Source of the DNA: an uncultured Gemmatimonadales bacterium
GTDB taxonomy: Bacteria; Gemmatimonadota; Gemmatimonadetes; Gemmatimonadales; GWC2-71-9
Direction: 5' to 3'
Assembly: GCA_963739455.1 (NCBI GenBank)
Contig: CAVUAK010000001.1
Coordinates: forward strand, 352,001 to 416,000
DNA: 64,000 nt
The position numbers were made by a program, and so were the translations under genes. Positions within the stretch are counted from its first letter, which is position 1; each line of letters begins with the position of its first letter. Positions 60,827-64,000 of the stretch are shown one piece after another. The notes below the pieces were generated by a model. It had not been told where the DNA came from. It saw only the letters and a program-made list of their open reading frames with translations, and did not search any database.

Positions 60827-61506
60827 GTTGCATGCGCCTCGCTCTCCTGCTCCTGCTGGCCGTGCCCGCCGCCCCTGCCATGGCGCAGGTCGGTCACGAC
60901 CCGGCCAAGTCGCCCTACCGCGACATCCGCTACGACCACAACCTCACCGCGTACGCCAGCTATTTCGACGGCGGCGGTGGCACGCTCGGCATCGGTGTCC
61001 ACGATGGCTGGATGTACGGCCTGCGGTACCAGCTGCGCGCCAACCGGTTCATCTCCTTCGGTCTCGGCGTGAGCTACGGTCCCGACCTCCACCGGAACAT
61101 CATCGACCCCTTCGCGCCGGTGGGGGAGCGCGTGCTCGGGCCGGTGCAGATCCGCGTGTGGATCCCCGAGGTGCTGCTGCAGTTCAACCTGACGGCCAAC
61201 AAGAGCTGGCACCGCGTCGCGCCCTACGGCGGCTTCGGGTTTGGCGCAGGCTTCTCGTCCACCGCCCCGACGGATACCGTCTACCGCAGCAGCGTGCGGT
61301 TTGTCTTCACTCCCTATGTCGGCACGCGGCTCTTTCTCGCGAGCAGGGTGGCCCTGCGCCTCGAGGCCCGCATGCCGCTCTACAAGATCTCCTATCCCGA
61401 TGCGTACTTCGTTCCCGAGGAGCCCATCATCGGGAACGACGGCGAGTGGGTCGCGTCGGGCTGGTACTTCGTCGGCCTGAGCTACAACTTCACGCTGAGC
61501 AAATGA
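60823..61506 (+). CDS. Outer-membrane beta-barrel-like protein
   Basis: Signal peptide; amphipathic strands; C-terminal VGLSYNF. Confidence 0.7.
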   Translation: MSCMRLALLLLLAVPAAPAMAQVGHDPAKSPYRDIRYDHNLTAYASYFDGGGGTLGIGVHDGWMYGLRYQLRANRFISFGLGVSYGPDLHRNIIDPFAPVGERVLGPVQIRVWIPEVLLQFNLTANKSWHRVAPYGGFGFGAGFSSTAPTDTVYRSSVRFVFTPYVGTRLFLASRVALRLEARMPLYKISYPDAYFVPEEPIIGNDGEWVASGWYFVGLSYNFTLSK

Positions 61507-61922
61507 TCACCCGCAGCAGCCTGACGCGAACGGTGACCTTCTTCGCATTGCACCACCTGCGGCGCGAGGACTGGAGCGACGCGCGAAACCTGGAGGTGTT
61601 CGGTTCCCTCAGTGATCGCGCCGGCCACGGCCACGACTACACCTGCACCGTGCGGGTGAGTGGCCCGCTCGAGCATGGCATGGTGATGGACCTCGCTGAG
61701 CTGGACCGGTTGCTCGACCTCGTGGTGCGCGCACCACTGGCCGGGCGCCACCTCAACCTCGACATTCCCGAGTTCGGGCGCGGCGGGACCCTCCCGACCT
61801 GCGAGGCATTGGCGGACTACGTCTACCGGCGGCTCCTGCCACGGCTCCCGGCTGAGCTGAACCTCGACCTCGTGCGAATCGCCGAGGATGCAACCTTGTC
61901 GGGCGAGGCGGGCAGCACCTGA
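61503..61922 (+). CDS. 6-pyruvoyl-tetrahydropterin synthase / QueD family protein
   Basis: F.A.H, HGHDY, V.V.G, GMVMD, LN, PT.E, RI.E motifs. Confidence 0.85.
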   Translation: MITRSSLTRTVTFFALHHLRREDWSDARNLEVFGSLSDRAGHGHDYTCTVRVSGPLEHGMVMDLAELDRLLDLVVRAPLAGRHLNLDIPEFGRGGTLPTCEALADYVYRRLLPRLPAELNLDLVRIAEDATLSGEAGST

Positions 61923-61992
61923 CCGCCGTGTGTCTCCCGGTTGCCCGCCCGTCGTCCCCACGCAGGAACCGACCTGGAAAATCGAGCAGATC

Positions 61993-62790
61993 ATGAGCAA
62001 GAGACTCCCAGTCCTGTTGCTGGCCGCCGCGTCCCTGGCAGCGCCGGCCACCCTGGCGGCCCAGAAAACGGGCGACCAGACCCGGCTGGTGTTCACCGTG
62101 AGCGGCGGGTACGCATTCGGGCGGGACCTCTGGGCCGTCGGCTCGCAGCCGGTCTTTCTCGACGGGCTCGACCTGTACGGACTTCAGCGGAACCTGAAGG
62201 GAACCTGGACCGCGGAGCTCGGTGTCACCTACTACCGGAGCCCGACGCTCGGGTTCACGTTCGACCTGGGTTTCATCGACATCGCGACCGTGGATACCTG
62301 CAACCTGCTCAGCAACTCGGGCTCGATCAACAACGCCGCCGTTTGCAGCTCCATCAACGGCGCCACCAGCTCGGCGCTGTCCACCTCCATTGCCGCCGGC
62401 ATCATCCTCCGGGCCGCCAGCCGCCAGGTGATCTCACCCTATCTCCGCGTGCAGGGTGGCGTCCTTTTCGTCCCCCGCAGCACCACCGAGGTCACCGGCT
62501 ACTTCATCAATGCGGACGAGGAGCCGGTGTATGTCCCGATCTATCCCACCGAGGGGTCTTCTTCAGTGAGCCTGTCGCTGGCCCTCGGCGCGGGAGTCAC
62601 CATCCCGATCTCGAAGGCCTATCACATGCGCATCGAGGGACGGGCCAACACCTTCGGACTGCCGGTCGTCACCGGCCCGACCGATTTTCAGGGCATCGTT
62701 CCGCCCACCAAGACGCAGTACCTCACCCAGTTCAGCATCCTCGTCGGGATCGACCTCGTGCTCGAGAAGAAGCACGGGCGCCGCTATTGA
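61993..62790 (+). CDS. Outer-membrane beta-barrel-like protein
   Basis: Signal peptide MSKRLPVLLLAAASLAAPATLAAQ; amphipathic strands. Confidence 0.7.
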   Translation: MSKRLPVLLLAAASLAAPATLAAQKTGDQTRLVFTVSGGYAFGRDLWAVGSQPVFLDGLDLYGLQRNLKGTWTAELGVTYYRSPTLGFTFDLGFIDIATVDTCNLLSNSGSINNAAVCSSINGATSSALSTSIAAGIILRAASRQVISPYLRVQGGVLFVPRSTTEVTGYFINADEEPVYVPIYPTEGSSSVSLSLALGAGVTIPISKAYHMRIEGRANTFGLPVVTGPTDFQGIVPPTKTQYLTQFSILVGIDLVLEKKHGRRY

Positions 62791-63435
62791 GCGTGCGAGG
62801 CGTCATCCTGGCCGGCGGCGGCGCTACCCGTTACGAGGGTCGGCCCAAGGGCCTCGAGATGGTCGGCGGCCGGCGCATCCTCGACCGCGTCGCCGATGAA
62901 CTGGCCGATGCCCTCGGTGCACCGCCGCTCCTTGTCGCCAACGCGCCCGACGCACAGGACTGGCGACCCGATCTCGAGGTTGTGGCCGACGACCGGGAGG
63001 GGCTGGGCGCCCTGGGGGGCATCTATACGGCAGTCCTGCGGGGGCCAGCACCCGTCGTGGTGGTCGCGTGGGACATGCCCTTCATGCAGGCCTCGCTGAT
63101 TCGCGCGCTCGCCCAGGGCCTCGATGGGGCCGACGCCTGCCTTCCCTCCAGCGGCGGCCCCCGTGGTGTCGAGCCGCTCTGCGCCGCCTATGGACCCGCG
63201 TGCCGCGCCGCGATCGAACAGGCGCTGGCTGCGGGTGACCTCCGGGCCATCGGCTTCCATCGTTTCATCAGGATCGGTATCCTCCCCATCGAGTCGGTCC
63301 AGGCAGCTTGTTGACCCTGCGACCGCCTTCTTCAACGTGAACACCGCGGACGATCTCGCGGAGGCGGAAGCGTCATGGCAGGCCCGCGCCTCATCTCGAT
63401 CATCGGGCGAAAGAACGCCGGCAAGACCACGCTGA
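62787..63435 (+). CDS. mobA: Molybdenum cofactor guanylyltransferase (frameshift near 63305)
   Basis: GVILAGG.ATR..G.PK, G.LGGI, DMPF, EPL.A.Y, FFNVNT..DL. Confidence 0.9.
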
Positions 63436-63908
63436 CGGTGACGCTCGCCTCGGAGTTCGTGCGCCGGGGCAAGCGGGTCATGACCATCAAGCACGGTCAT
63501 GATAGCGCGAGCCTCGACACCGCCGGCACCGACAGCTGGCGTCACTACCACGAGGGCAAGGCGGAGCGCGTACTCCTTGCCGGGCCCGATGGTCGCGTGC
63601 TCTTCGACCGCACACCCGACCTGTATGACCCGGTGGCCCTCGCCCGGCAGTACCTCGCCGACGCCGACGTGATCCTGGTGGAAGGATTCAAGCGCGCACC
63701 GGTGCCGAAGATCGAGGTCTGGCGGCGGGAGGTGTCGCCTGCCCCGCTGTACAGCGAATCCGCACCCGACCGCGAACTCTGGGTGGCCCTCCTCACCGAC
63801 GACGAGGCATACCGCGCGACCTGCCGCGTCATCCACTTCCGCGACACCATGTGGCTCCACCTGCTGGCCACCCTCGCGTGGGACGAGGGCCTGGAGCTCG
63901 ACGGATGA
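63375..63908 (+). CDS. mobB: Molybdopterin-guanine dinucleotide biosynthesis protein B
   Basis: G.KNAGKTT, IKH.H, D..G.DS.R, D..LVEGFK..P.PKIEV. Confidence 0.93.
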   Translation: MAGPRLISIIGRKNAGKTTLTVTLASEFVRRGKRVMTIKHGHDSASLDTAGTDSWRHYHEGKAERVLLAGPDGRVLFDRTPDLYDPVALARQYLADADVILVEGFKRAPVPKIEVWRREVSPAPLYSESAPDRELWVALLTDDEAYRATCRVIHFRDTMWLHLLATLAWDEGLELDG

Positions 63909-64000
63909 CGGGACCGCTGGGCGCGCGTGACGCCGCGCTCCGCATTCTCGAGAATATCCGACCGCAGCCGGCCCTCAGGGTGCCACTCGACGATGCGCTG
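63905..64000 (+). CDS. moeA: Molybdopterin molybdotransferase, N-terminal fragment (runs off window)
   Basis: MTGPLGARDAALRILE...RVPLDDAL; ATGA overlap with mobB; context. Confidence 0.6.
   Translation, partial: MTGPLGARDAALRILENIRPQPALRVPLDDAL

Overview
High-GC bacterial chromosomal window made up mostly of housekeeping genes. Gene content and style (BTAD-TPR regulator, PilB-REC fusion, Ser/Thr kinase, tandem APC permeases, futalosine-type menaquinone genes) resemble Gemmatimonadota; that assignment is inference. Contents: hisC-hisB-hisH, trpE, an FHA-GAF adenylate/guanylate cyclase, dtd, maf, glmM-glmS, a cystathionine gamma-synthase/lyase, purD, mutM, a UvrC/Cho-like nuclease, menG-ubiA-ubiX plus a distant ubiD, an ECF sigma/anti-sigma operon, SQR, mrp/nfu, nrnA, guaB, gpmI, queD-like and mobAB-moeA. 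About 15 genes carry single-base frameshifts, most likely long-read assembly errors. The most striking unexplained structure is a set of about 17 short tandem arrays of 7-, 8- and 9-bp units (plus one 21-bp unit) in several sequence families. Intergenic arrays begin at a gene's stop codon with the G/purine-rich strand as sense; others sit inside trpE, glmM and mutM. At one locus (purD-mutM), inverted arms of such an array enclose an antisense four-helix-bundle (23S-rRNA-IVP/TIGR02436-type) gene, while two other loci show inverted arms with almost nothing between them. This suggests an IVS-like, repeat-associated element family acting in mRNA operons. Also noted: a candidate leaderless leader-peptide attenuator, a vanadium-haloperoxidase-fold lipoprotein that has lost its catalytic residues, SigW-like ECF promoters and a PTPS lacking the catalytic Cys. 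No rRNA, tRNA, CRISPR array, transposase or integrase was seen.
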